Below the pieces are notes generated by a model. The model was not told the origin of the DNA. It ran no database searches and saw only the letters and a program-made list of their open reading frames with translations. From positions 11,347 to 75,346 of the forward strand of contig CAAGHO010000049.1 in assembly GCA_900769695.1 (NCBI GenBank): a stretch of DNA of 64,000 nucleotides, read 5' to 3'. The translations under genes were made by a program, and so were the position numbers. How positions within the stretch are numbered: the first letter of the stretch is position 1; each line of letters opens with the position of its first letter. The DNA is from Bacilli bacterium. GTDB taxonomy: Bacteria; Bacillota_I; Bacilli_A; RF39; UBA660. This document shows positions 38,118 through 47,707 of the stretch, in pieces.

Positions 38118-38959
38118 CATTTAATACCCCTAGTTTCCTAGTATTTAAAAGGGATTAGACTATATCTTCATCTTTTTATAAAATTAATAAAAAAGAGGAT
38201 GGCACTGGATAGAGGGAATTTCACCCTCTACCACTTAGTCGTTTGAGTTTTTGGGTAAAACTATTAATTCATATTCTTTACATCTTCTATATCTTTGTAA
38301 AGAAGTTGTAGAAATTTTCAATTCATTTTCTTTGATGTATTTTCTAACTTCTGCATATCCTTTTAATTTCTTTGTCATTTTCCCAGTAATTGTATTTTTA
38401 ATACAATACCAATTATAATTTCTTGTAGCATCAATACCAGAAGTTATATATGATTTATTAACATTTTCTTTCTGACTAACCCATTCTAAATTTTTATAAT
38501 TATTGTTAGTTTTGTTGGCATCTTTATGATTTACTACTGCACCATTAAAATATCCGTCTACATAATACATTGCAACTAATTGATGTACTCCAATTCTCCA
38601 TTTTTTACCATTTTTACATAAACTAATATAAAGATAACCACCTTTATTTGTAAATAATTTTATTTCTTTTTTTATATTGTTTTTTATAAGAATACACAAC
38701 TCCTGTTTCAGTTATTGTATAATCTTCATATCCTTCAATTTCTTTTTCCATTATTATCACCTTCTTTCTTTTTTTATAATAATTTTACCCAACTTACCAC
38801 TAGATTACCATATTATAATTAACTTAGGCTTCCCCAGTCAGCATAATTCCTAACTATCATTTCCTATAGTTCCTATACGTGAATTATACACCCTATATTT
38901 ATAGGTTCACCACCTTATTTTCTATACATCACTGTATAGCCAGACTATGACACTAATTA
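38118..38959 (-). mobile_element. group I intron (842 nt) with HNH endonuclease ORF, inserted in dnaE
   Basis: 5' exon ends in U; P1 CCAGAU(38965-38960)/GUCUGG(38945-38940) with U.G; P10 GUGUCA(38953-38948)/UGACAC(38115-38110); terminal G at 38118; AAGAUAUAGUCU(38168-38157). Confidence 0.75.
38235..38699 (-). CDS. intron-encoded HNH endonuclease; its NUMOD4-like N-terminus lies in another frame (38751-38644)
   Basis: ..HQLVAMYYVDGYFNGAVVNHKDANKTNNNYKNLEWVSQKENVNKS.. (HNH_3); upstream ATG 38751 with AAGGTG RBS reads MEKEIEGYEDYTITETGVVYSYKK.. and stops at 38644. Confidence 0.6.
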   Translation of the reverse strand: MCILIKNNIKKEIKLFTNKGGYLYISLCKNGKKWRIGVHQLVAMYYVDGYFNGAVVNHKDANKTNNNYKNLEWVSQKENVNKSYITSGIDATRNYNWYCIKNTITGKMTKKLKGYAEVRKYIKENELKISTTSLQRYRRCKEYELIVLPKNSND

Positions 38960-40366
38960 ATCTGGAACCTCACTTCCTCTTTGCCGACTTATATGCCTCC
39001 AATAAGGGAGATAATCTCCATATGGAAGTGGGTCTAATTGTGTTATTTCCAATAAATAACATGTAAGAAAACATACGCTACTACCACGCCCAGGCATTGC
39101 TAAAGAATCAGATTGCCAAATAATTTTGATAAATTCTCTAATAGAAGAATAATAAGCCGCCATATGTGAATCAAAATCTTCACTCAAACCTTTTAGTTCC
39201 TTAAACTCTACATCAAGTCTTGCTATATAATCTTCTACTTTTTTACCCTTAGCTTCGATAAGATTTTTTAATCCTTCTTCTATCTCATAAAAGAAAAATT
39301 TATCTTGTATTGCTTCACTTTCTGTAGCATACCATTTAAAATATTCATATTTATCATAATATTTTTTATATCTATGCTCAATATGAAAATCTGGCATTTT
39401 ATCTTTTGGTACTTCTGGAATTATAGGCATATGTTTTAAATTATAGCCTTTAATTCGTTTAGATATTTCTTTAGTATTTAAAAATATTTGATTAATTTCT
39501 TCGTCTGTATAGGTTAATCTTAAATGACTTCTCATTTCATCAGCAGACATTAAATAGCACAATTCATAAAATTCATCAACTTCTCTTTCTGCTTCTTTAC
39601 TTTTTAATAATGCTCTATGAAAATCTCTACTTTCTTTAGATTTCATATGACTATCACTTGTACAAATAATCTTTAAATCAAATTCTTTTGCTAAAATTTT
39701 CATAGTCTTATTTACTATAAGTTGTTCTTCATTTGTTGAGGTAGCAGGTTGAATTTCTAAATAAAAATTCTCTTTACCAAAAGTGCTTATACACCAATAA
39801 ATAAAATCATATATTTTCTTTTTGTAAATTTCAGCCTTCGTATTATTCCAATCAAGAATTAATCTATCCAATCTTGAACCTAAACAAGCTGTACTACCAA
39901 TTATATGTCCTTTATTATTGCCTATAATTTCAGTAATATCTTCTGTATACGTTGGTCTACGCATTAATCCTTTAAAAGTGTAAGCACGTTCCCATGCTCT
40001 TGAACTCAATATTCTTAATTGCTTATGACCCTCAGTATCTAAAGCTATTAAAATAAAATGATAATAAGGCACATAATCAATTCTGTTTCTTATATTTTCA
40101 TCTTCTGTTTTATCAATCACATATGCTTCATTTCCTAAAGCTAATACATAATCTCTATCTTTTTGCATTTTATCGTAATAATTTAACGCTTTTATGTGGC
40201 AAGATAAACATTCATGGTCTGTAATTGCTATACCATCAAGCCCTAAATCATATCCACATTGTATTAATTCATTAACTTTCGTCAAAGCATCTGGTGTACC
40301 TATACTTGCACTACTATAACAAGTGTGATTGTGTAGCCCCATATAACTATTAATTATTTTATCCAT
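38960..40366 (-). CDS. dnaE: DNA polymerase III alpha (C-family), exon 1 (PHP domain and palm start)
   Basis: ..GLHNHTCYSSASIGTPDAL..GLDGIAITDHECLS.. PHP motifs; ends ..RGSEVPD at the splice site; ATG 40366 preferred over GTG 40372. Confidence 0.75.
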
Positions 40367-40368
40367 AA

Positions 40369-40770
40369 TCACATAACTCCCATATCCTCTAACTTCACCT
40401 TATTCATTTTCCATAACTTCCAATTTTCATGCTCTTCTTTTGCTTTCTCAATCCCTTTATAAATCCTAAAACTCAGCACCTCTAAAAATTCATCAATCTC
40501 CATAATAGTTACCAACCCCAACCCTTCTTTAGGTTTAATAACCACTTCACCACATTTTGAATAATCAACACTCATTTTGTATTGTCTATCGAAAATGCTT
40601 TTCTTAAATCTGAACTGGCTATCAGTTTCTACCATTTCTTTAATAACATTCTCAATATCCTTATTTACAATTTTACTAATGTTGCTTTCTTCCGTTCTCT
40701 CAAACAGACTATTGTTTAAATCAATTTTCTTTACAATTCTAATCAGTTCATAAGTTATATCATTAATCAT
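40369..40770 (-). CDS. hypothetical protein
   Basis: 133-aa ORF, tightly packed in the operon. Confidence 0.55.
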   Translation of the reverse strand: MINDITYELIRIVKKIDLNNSLFERTEESNISKIVNKDIENVIKEMVETDSQFRFKKSIFDRQYKMSVDYSKCGEVVIKPKEGLGLVTIMEIDEFLEVLSFRIYKGIEKAKEEHENWKLWKMNKVKLEDMGVM

Positions 40771-40784
40771 AACATTCTCTCCTT

Positions 40785-41216
40785 TTACATCACAATTTCA
40801 ATTTCTACGTCTGCGCCAAAACTTTTCTTTAAGTTATCAAGATAAAATGATAAACCGTCATTACCTACAATAATAACTTTTACAACGTCATTATAAAATC
40901 CAAAATTACCTTTTGACGGATTCTTAAATTCACTAATATTCAGCCATGAAATTTTAATACTTTCAAAAGGATTTAATCTGGAATAAATATATCCAAAGAG
41001 ATAATTTTTATCAACATTTTCCATTAATCTTAAATTCCCTCTGTAAGTTTCTTTGATTTTACTACCATTAATCGTTGTACTTTTAATCTCTCTGGTAATA
41101 CTTGGTTCGTCACTATCTCTTTGATAATGCTTATACATTTCTTTTCTCATGGCGTTTCTAGCTTTGTCAAAATCACTACAAACTACAACATAAGTTTTGT
41201 CTTTAAATTTCTCCAT
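40785..41216 (-). CDS. hypothetical protein
   Basis: ATG 41216 follows AAAGGAG (track ORF starts 41267). Confidence 0.55.
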   Translation of the reverse strand: MEKFKDKTYVVVCSDFDKARNAMRKEMYKHYQRDSDEPSITREIKSTTINGSKIKETYRGNLRLMENVDKNYLFGYIYSRLNPFESIKISWLNISEFKNPSKGNFGFYNDVVKVIIVGNDGLSFYLDNLKKSFGADVEIEIVM

Positions 41217-41273
41217 AATTTCTCCTTTCATATTCTCTATTATATCATAGAATTTATATAAAATCAATACATT

Positions 41274-42989
41274 TTACCATACTTCGTCCCATGAAAGTGG
41301 TTTAATTTCTTTTACCTCTTGTGGGGTTTCCTTAATTTCCCATTCCTCAATAATGGCTTGATAATATTTCCGACCATTCCAATAATTTATAGATAGGTTG
41401 CAAATAGTAGAAGCCAGTACAAACCGTTCTGACATATCATCTAACCAGTTCTCACTCTCTTTAAACTTAATGAATGTTACCCCATCTTTACTAAACCGTA
41501 ACGTCTTTTTGTCTTTGCCAATTACCTCTACATCAGAAACATTCAATTTAAAATCAATGGCAAAAACTGGTTTAATTAAATCATTATTCCAAATACATTC
41601 CCATTGGTCTGCAAACCCAAACAAACATTTTGGCAAATTATCTTTTTCCAAATCATAACTTTTTACAACTGGAATTGACGGTAATTCTATTTTTTCATTA
41701 GTAAATTTATCTTGAATATATTTATAAATCTTTTCTTCGTTTTCTTTTTTATATCCAATTCCAAATGCTTTATCATGTCCTTGTGCAATTTCAAATAACC
41801 CACTATTTTGACATAAATTAAGAATTTCATAATCAGACCGGCAAGAACCAGTTACAAATCCATTACTTTCATGTGTAGCAAATACAATCGGAGTTTCGTC
41901 TTTCAATTTATTAGCGATTAAACCACTGTAAGGGTACTGTTCCACGTTTTCAAGATACTTAATGCCTAACAACGGTACATTATCAGTGCGTAGAACCATG
42001 CTACAGCCGTCTTTAATTGTTTCAGCGACAATCTTATCCTGTATAGCTTTCTGGTCTTTAATTTTGGCTAGTACGCTTTCAAACATTTCTGAATGACTAT
42101 CAGTAAAACAGAAAAACAATTCAGCTTTCAATTGTTGGTTGTCACTCCTACATACTGCGTTAAGATAAGGACATATCATAAATCCTATTGACTTCCAAGT
42201 AACTTCATTAGTATAGTTTAAATTTTCATTCAGATAAGTTAAAAATTCATTCTGCATATTTGCTATAGAAGTGCCTACCATTAGAAAATCTCTATTCTCT
42301 TGTGAAAGCATATTGCAATTATCAGACACTAAACTAAATGCTACTAAGTCTACATATTTTGCACTTGCACTTGTTTTACAACTTGGGTTATTATTGCAAT
42401 AATATTTAATAAATTTATTCACAACGCCAGTACCACTAAGGCACTTATTCTTTACCCAACCTTGTTGATTACTAATCACCGCTGTTTCATAATTACTAAT
42501 ATATTCCCTTTTATATGGAACAATCTTATGGTGGTCTATTATCAATATATGGGTATTAAGGAAATTCAAATCTTCTTGTGCTTGATAGTCATTGCTACCT
42601 GCATCTGGCACAATTAACAAATTAATTTCATTATGTAGTACCCAGTTCTGTACGTTTTCTGTAATACCATGTTTTTTATCTGAATGAAAATATATGAAAA
42701 TAGGATTCTTAACTTTTAAATCGTTTTTAAGAAAATTATACATCATAACAGCAGAAAACAAACCATCACAGTCGCAATCTTGTACAATTCCTATATGATT
42801 AGTTTGATTACTTAATATCTTGTGTAATAATTCTTTTCCTTCTTGCATATTATCATATCGTTCTGGGCGTTCTACGTATTTGTAAGTAGGATACAAATAT
42901 TCTTCAACATCTTTAATACCAAACGCTTCTAAATATTGTTCTTCCCATCTGGATAAATCAATATTAGGTAAAATTTCTTTTACTTGCAT
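41274..42989 (-). CDS. RecJ-like DHH-family ssDNA exonuclease
   Basis: ..IVQDCDCDGLFSA.. (motif I), ..LLIVPDAGSND.., ..ILIIDHHKI.. (DHH), ..GTGVVNKF..; ATG 42989 after AAGGAG. Confidence 0.7.
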   Translation of the reverse strand: MQVKEILPNIDLSRWEEQYLEAFGIKDVEEYLYPTYKYVERPERYDNMQEGKELLHKILSNQTNHIGIVQDCDCDGLFSAVMMYNFLKNDLKVKNPIFIYFHSDKKHGITENVQNWVLHNEINLLIVPDAGSNDYQAQEDLNFLNTHILIIDHHKIVPYKREYISNYETAVISNQQGWVKNKCLSGTGVVNKFIKYYCNNNPSCKTSASAKYVDLVAFSLVSDNCNMLSQENRDFLMVGTSIANMQNEFLTYLNENLNYTNEVTWKSIGFMICPYLNAVCRSDNQQLKAELFFCFTDSHSEMFESVLAKIKDQKAIQDKIVAETIKDGCSMVLRTDNVPLLGIKYLENVEQYPYSGLIANKLKDETPIVFATHESNGFVTGSCRSDYEILNLCQNSGLFEIAQGHDKAFGIGYKKENEEKIYKYIQDKFTNEKIELPSIPVVKSYDLEKDNLPKCLFGFADQWECIWNNDLIKPVFAIDFKLNVSDVEVIGKDKKTLRFSKDGVTFIKFKESENWLDDMSERFVLASTICNLSINYWNGRKYYQAIIEEWEIKETPQEVKEIKPLSWDEVW

Positions 42990-43047
42990 ATACACTCCTT
43001 ATACTAATAAAAGCACCCTTGTATAAGAGTGCTTTTACTTTTTTGAA

Positions 43048-43872
43048 TTAATCTAAGTTGAATCCATTTGGATTATGTCTAGTTTTTACTGTGACTTTAT
43101 TACGTTTTTCTTTTACAGGTTTCTTTGGTTCAACTTTTACTAAATTGCTTACTTCACCGTTTTTGCTAACTAACATTGCATCTGCTACAGAAATTTCATA
43201 AGCAACCTTTTCTTCAACATTACCGTTTTCATATCGCTTATTGTACTTTCTACTCTGAACACGCCCATGAATATTAACCTGTGTACCAATTCCTAATTTA
43301 CCAATAGCAGAAGCGGCTTTGCCCCAAAAGATACAAGGAATGTAATAAGATACACTACGCTTATTTGTATTGATATTAACACCTAACATAACGTCAGCAA
43401 TGGTTCTTTCCTGTTTAACCCAAATACCTTTCTCATCTTTAAGACCGGGGGTTTTTCTTACAATTACATCTTTTACAATATAACCAGTAATTTCAATGTT
43501 ATTACTTGGTTTTGTATTGTCAGCAACGATTAAGATATTATTTGGTTTAACAAATAAAATTAACTTGCTCTTGCCGTTCTCAATATGCTCATTGTAAGAA
43601 GCCATAATTCCCTCAACGCAGACTGTGTAATTCTGTGAGCCGTAGGACTTTTCCTCAGTAAGTGAAAATGCTTCTTTAAGGACTTTTTCAGAAGCCATGA
43701 TAGGGAGTACATCATCAGTACCGCTATCTCTTTTTACACAAATGAAACTCTCATAAATATTTGTTCCTTTTGTGGAATGATGATAAGTAAAATCCTCTGT
43801 GATAGTTCCTGTTAAAACCACCTTGTTAAGTTCTAACTCTACTTCTTTTAATTCAGTTGTGTTCTCTGCCAT
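43048..43872 (-). CDS. ssb: single-stranded DNA-binding protein (two OB-like halves)
   Basis: ..IPCIFWGKAASAIGKLGIGTQVNIHGRVQSRKYNKRYENGNVEEKVAYEISVADAML.. is an SSB OB-fold signature. Confidence 0.6.
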   Translation of the reverse strand: MAENTTELKEVELELNKVVLTGTITEDFTYHHSTKGTNIYESFICVKRDSGTDDVLPIMASEKVLKEAFSLTEEKSYGSQNYTVCVEGIMASYNEHIENGKSKLILFVKPNNILIVADNTKPSNNIEITGYIVKDVIVRKTPGLKDEKGIWVKQERTIADVMLGVNINTNKRSVSYYIPCIFWGKAASAIGKLGIGTQVNIHGRVQSRKYNKRYENGNVEEKVAYEISVADAMLVSKNGEVSNLVKVEPKKPVKEKRNKVTVKTRHNPNGFNLD

Positions 43873-43910
43873 TGTTTATATTTTCCTTTCGTTATTAATT
43901 TGATAGATTT

Positions 43911-43939
43911 ATCATAACATATTTTGTACAATATGTCAA
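43911..43939 (-). promoter_or_regulatory. sigma-A-type promoter (ssb)
   Basis: - strand TTGACA-17 nt-TATGAT. Confidence 0.55.
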
Positions 43940-44109
43940 TGCTTTTTGAAATATTTTTCATATAATTTTATTAGCCATTCTACCATAACAAACACAATAG
44001 TTAATACAATTAAAATCGGTGAAATTAAAACAACCAATATCAGTTCACCGAAAAATCTTAACCAATTATATGATTTTTCTTTATTGTTCAACGATTTCTC
44101 TTTTTTCAT
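43936..44109 (-). CDS. possible 57-aa single-pass membrane protein (below the track cut-off)
   Basis: MKKEKSLNNKEKSYNWLRFFGELILVVLISPILIVLTIVFVMVEWLIKLYEKYFKKH; overlaps the primase 3' end by 29 nt; weak RBS. Confidence 0.35.
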   Translation of the reverse strand: MKKEKSLNNKEKSYNWLRFFGELILVVLISPILIVLTIVFVMVEWLIKLYEKYFKKH

Positions 44110-45208
44110 ATAATTTTTCCCATACTTCCTTGCCTTTATCAGAGGGAGAATCTTTATAGCTTAACAAAGGTTCTTTATCATTATCGTCATAGATAACATA
44201 AATCTCTTTTACAAAACCTTTAAACTTATCAATGATTTTGTTTACTTTTGCTTTCCATTTAATGTATTCTTCCGTAAGTTCACCATTATCATCGTATACC
44301 ATATGATATTGTTTATCTAAAGCAATTCCAATTTTTTCAACACCTAATTGGATAAGTTTATTTCTTTTAGCGTTTTGCAAATTCATTCCAAACATACCAA
44401 CAGTATTATTGATTGTTAATATATCTTCCATTTGCATTACACTCTTTGGTGCTTCAAATAAAATGGCTTCTTTGGTATTTTCTATATTTGCTTTTGTCCA
44501 ATTCAGTCCGTATAAGACAGTAGAAGCATTAAATCTGTATTCTGCATTGTTCTCTACAAGTTTAACTGGAAGATACTTGTAACCCATTTCTACTAACTCT
44601 GGATTGAGATTTCTGCCATGTAACCCAACCAATTCCCCGTTCTCGTCAAAAACAGGAATCACTATTTGTTGAGCATATGGATAAAATCTTATTTCAAACA
44701 TTTCCATAGTCTGAATACTTATACCATCATTAAGAAAAGAAGTGTGATATATTTTTGGAAAAAAATCTAAGATAGCTTTATCATAAGTTTGTGTGAGTGA
44801 ATTTCCATTTTTTATACGGATATATCTGCTTAAATCATCTTCCCAATTATATACTTTTGTACTTTTCTTATGAATCCTTTGTATATCATCATAAGGAATG
44901 TTACAAACATCACAAACATATTGTAATGCTTCTGGGAAAGTATATTCCTCTCCCAGAAGTTTTTTTCTTTTCTGAACTAAACTATAAACAGAGTAAGAAA
45001 CGTCACATATATAACAAAGAAATATCTTTTTATCTTTATAGAAATAAAGTTTATTCTTTTTACCATCTGGATTTCTCTCATGGCATATAGAAGTAAATAA
45101 TATTTCTCTGTCATTTTCGTGAATCACTGTAGCACCTAATGATACAGCAACTTTTCTATAATCGTCTATAGTTAGCTGTTTGGTTAAACGTTTTGCGTCA
45201 ATACCCAT
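44081..45208 (-). CDS. dnaG: DnaG-like DNA primase
   Basis: CHC2-type zinc finger ..SICHERNPDGKKNKLYFYKDKKIFLCYICD..; TOPRIM-like ..AILFEAPKSVMQM.. and ..GIALDKQ.. Confidence 0.7.
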   Translation of the reverse strand: MGIDAKRLTKQLTIDDYRKVAVSLGATVIHENDREILFTSICHERNPDGKKNKLYFYKDKKIFLCYICDVSYSVYSLVQKRKKLLGEEYTFPEALQYVCDVCNIPYDDIQRIHKKSTKVYNWEDDLSRYIRIKNGNSLTQTYDKAILDFFPKIYHTSFLNDGISIQTMEMFEIRFYPYAQQIVIPVFDENGELVGLHGRNLNPELVEMGYKYLPVKLVENNAEYRFNASTVLYGLNWTKANIENTKEAILFEAPKSVMQMEDILTINNTVGMFGMNLQNAKRNKLIQLGVEKIGIALDKQYHMVYDDNGELTEEYIKWKAKVNKIIDKFKGFVKEIYVIYDDNDKEPLLSYKDSPSDKGKEVWEKLYEKREIVEQ

Positions 45209-45227
45209 GTTTGACCGCCTTTTATCT

Positions 45228-45524
45228 TTACTTTGTTTTATTTACTTCTTTCATTGATTCTCTAATCAGTTTCTTTAATCTTAATGTTTCAGCTTTATAA
45301 TCAGCAATATAATCAGCCAATTCATAAGTTTTCTTTTTTGTTCTTCTGTTAATCAGTTCTGTGATAATTCTTTCTACGGCTTTATCAATAGAAGAATAAT
45401 AACCAAGTACATTCCATTTGATGTATTCTTTACCTTTAGATGATAATTTTGCACCACTATCTTCCTGTGCGATATACTGATAAGCGTCTACTAAAATATA
45501 AAAATCGTCAATTACATGAATCAT
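45228..45524 (-). CDS. hypothetical protein
   Basis: 98-aa ORF with RBS. Confidence 0.55.
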   Translation of the reverse strand: MIHVIDDFYILVDAYQYIAQEDSGAKLSSKGKEYIKWNVLGYYSSIDKAVERIITELINRRTKKKTYELADYIADYKAETLRLKKLIRESMKEVNKTK

Positions 45525-45547
45525 TTTTTTATTCTCCTTTATATAAA

Positions 45548-46060
45548 TTATTTAATTGAAAGTGACTGACTAATTCTTAAACCGTCAACACCATCAATAT
45601 GTTTTCCCTCTTTTTCTGCAACCTTTACATCAGCTAACAAAGTTTTCTTATCCAATTTCTTTTCTGTCACTACATTGAAATACTTTTCTGGAATACGGCT
45701 TTCGTCTAATTGTCCTAACTGCGGTGCATTATTTCTTATTGAAATAGTATACAAATTACCACCACACTTTTTAGTGTTTGTGGTCTGCATAGCATATAAT
45801 AATGCGTTTTTAAGTCTTTCGACAGCATTTTCTGCTGTTTTCTTTCTTGTGGTCAATCTATCAATCTCTTTCTTGATGTTCTCAATCTGACCTTCGTATT
45901 CTTTAATGACATATACATAATTTTCTGCTTTAGTATCTAACTCACCAGACAAGCCCTCTAATGTATCTTTTAACACGTCTGAATCTGGCTCATCTTCAAG
46001 CATAATCATTAACTGCATCATCTCTCCTGTGATTTCCCTTAAAGTTCCTGTTACTGCCAT
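45548..46060 (-). CDS. Gp157-like protein (Siphovirus Gp157 family)
   Basis: Coiled-coil ..DTLEGLSGELDTKAENYVYVIKEYEGQIENIKKEIDRLTTRKKTAENAVERLKNALLYAM.. resembles the Gp157 family; by-eye call. Confidence 0.45.
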   Translation of the reverse strand: MAVTGTLREITGEMMQLMIMLEDEPDSDVLKDTLEGLSGELDTKAENYVYVIKEYEGQIENIKKEIDRLTTRKKTAENAVERLKNALLYAMQTTNTKKCGGNLYTISIRNNAPQLGQLDESRIPEKYFNVVTEKKLDKKTLLADVKVAEKEGKHIDGVDGLRISQSLSIK

Positions 46061-46201
46061 TTGCGTTTCCTCCTTGTTTATTTAATCTTATTATATAATT
46101 TATCCAAAAAGCATACCCAGCTACGGACTGCTTTCAGATTTAACTTGATAACTTGTATGCCTACAAGTCTTAAAACGTCTGTTACCATATGTTACTAACC
46201 C

Positions 46202-47707
46202 CTATCTTAGTTTTATATCTGTCTTATCCACATTAATCGGCTGATTATATTGGTCTGTACAAAAGCAATCACTTATTCTACCAGTTCCCATATCTACATT
46301 AACCCATGCTTTAATGTTCTGTCCATAACGTGAAAATCTTGTTTTAAAATTATGAAGAATATGAGTAGGTCTTTTTTTACTTCCGAATCCTTTACGATTG
46401 ATTAATGTATCTACAAGTTCCAATTCTTTAGGTCTAAGAAAAGATAATATAGCACCGTTATCTAGTTTAGTCTTAATCTGTTTAGAACCATAAATGCATC
46501 TTTCATCTAAAAGTTCGTTGACTTGCTCATTACCATTTAACTGAGTACCTGTGCAAGTGCCTATATTAAATTCCTCAGATAAACTTTTAAGCGTAGTTGC
46601 AATTTGGAAAAGGACTTTATCTTCTCGAATAGGAATACTTGTCATTTGTTTATATTCAGTTCCAAACTCTGAGTTGTCCCAAATGTAATCAAAAAAGCAA
46701 TAACTCGCTCCCCATAAATGGCATTGACGATATATTTCTTTTAACTTTGTAGCCGTAAAATCTGGTTGGTCAAATAATTCAATATGACTTTCATAAAGAA
46801 TTTTTCCTGCTTCAATCAAACGTTCTTTTTCAAATTTGTTATATTTTCCGTCAAGGATTTTATGATATGGAACACCACTTATCCATGAGATAAACTTAGG
46901 TTGAATTTCAGTTGATAAATCCATTTCTGTATTAATCATAAATCCATCACCAGATTTATAAGGATTATCTACATATTTTTCTTCATCAAAATCCCAATAA
47001 CGATTAGCACATACATTACATAAATCACCAATGGAAGTTGTTGTCTTTCCTTGTCCAGATGAACCAGACCTTAATAATAAATGTCCTCTTTGCCAACCTC
47101 TGTATAAAGTAGTTAAATATTTACTTTGAAGTATAGCACCAATAACAGGTTCACTTTCAAAACCATTTAAAGTATCTTCCCATTTTTCACCTGCTCTTAA
47201 CGTTTCTCTACATAATTCTGTATTAAATTCCATTCTAAGAGAGGTCATTTTACCCTCAATCTTATTAAGGATTTCTTGCATGGAAAAACGATTAAACTTT
47301 TCTATTTCTGCTTCTTCTGGTTTAGTTTCATCATAAAATTCTGTAATGTCAATACCTAATTCTTTAGCTTTTCTAAGCAAACTATATTTTCTAATAATAT
47401 TATAATGCAGTTCATAATTATCCACATTAACCAATTTCTTAATAGTTGCTATAAATTCAAGATAATTGTTATCTGTACAAACCTCTAACTGTTCTGGATA
47501 ATTCTGTAAAAATTTATCTAAAACAATTTCGTCTATTTGTTCTGCACCATTTTTAAATAACCATGATATAGATTTATATAAAATCTCATGGAATAAAATG
47601 GGTTTAAAATCATCTGAGTTAATAGGGAACTTCTTACTGACTGTTAAAGAGGGATTCTGTAATAATACCCCCAAACACATTGAAGCATCTGACGCTGAAT
47701 ACAACAT
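46202..47707 (-). CDS. dnaB: DnaB-like replicative helicase
   Basis: DnaB-type N-terminal domain; Walker A ..RSGSSGQGKTTTS..; RecA-like C-terminal half. Confidence 0.7.
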   Translation of the reverse strand: MLYSASDASMCLGVLLQNPSLTVSKKFPINSDDFKPILFHEILYKSISWLFKNGAEQIDEIVLDKFLQNYPEQLEVCTDNNYLEFIATIKKLVNVDNYELHYNIIRKYSLLRKAKELGIDITEFYDETKPEEAEIEKFNRFSMQEILNKIEGKMTSLRMEFNTELCRETLRAGEKWEDTLNGFESEPVIGAILQSKYLTTLYRGWQRGHLLLRSGSSGQGKTTTSIGDLCNVCANRYWDFDEEKYVDNPYKSGDGFMINTEMDLSTEIQPKFISWISGVPYHKILDGKYNKFEKERLIEAGKILYESHIELFDQPDFTATKLKEIYRQCHLWGASYCFFDYIWDNSEFGTEYKQMTSIPIREDKVLFQIATTLKSLSEEFNIGTCTGTQLNGNEQVNELLDERCIYGSKQIKTKLDNGAILSFLRPKELELVDTLINRKGFGSKKRPTHILHNFKTRFSRYGQNIKAWVNVDMGTGRISDCFCTDQYNQPINVDKTDIKLR

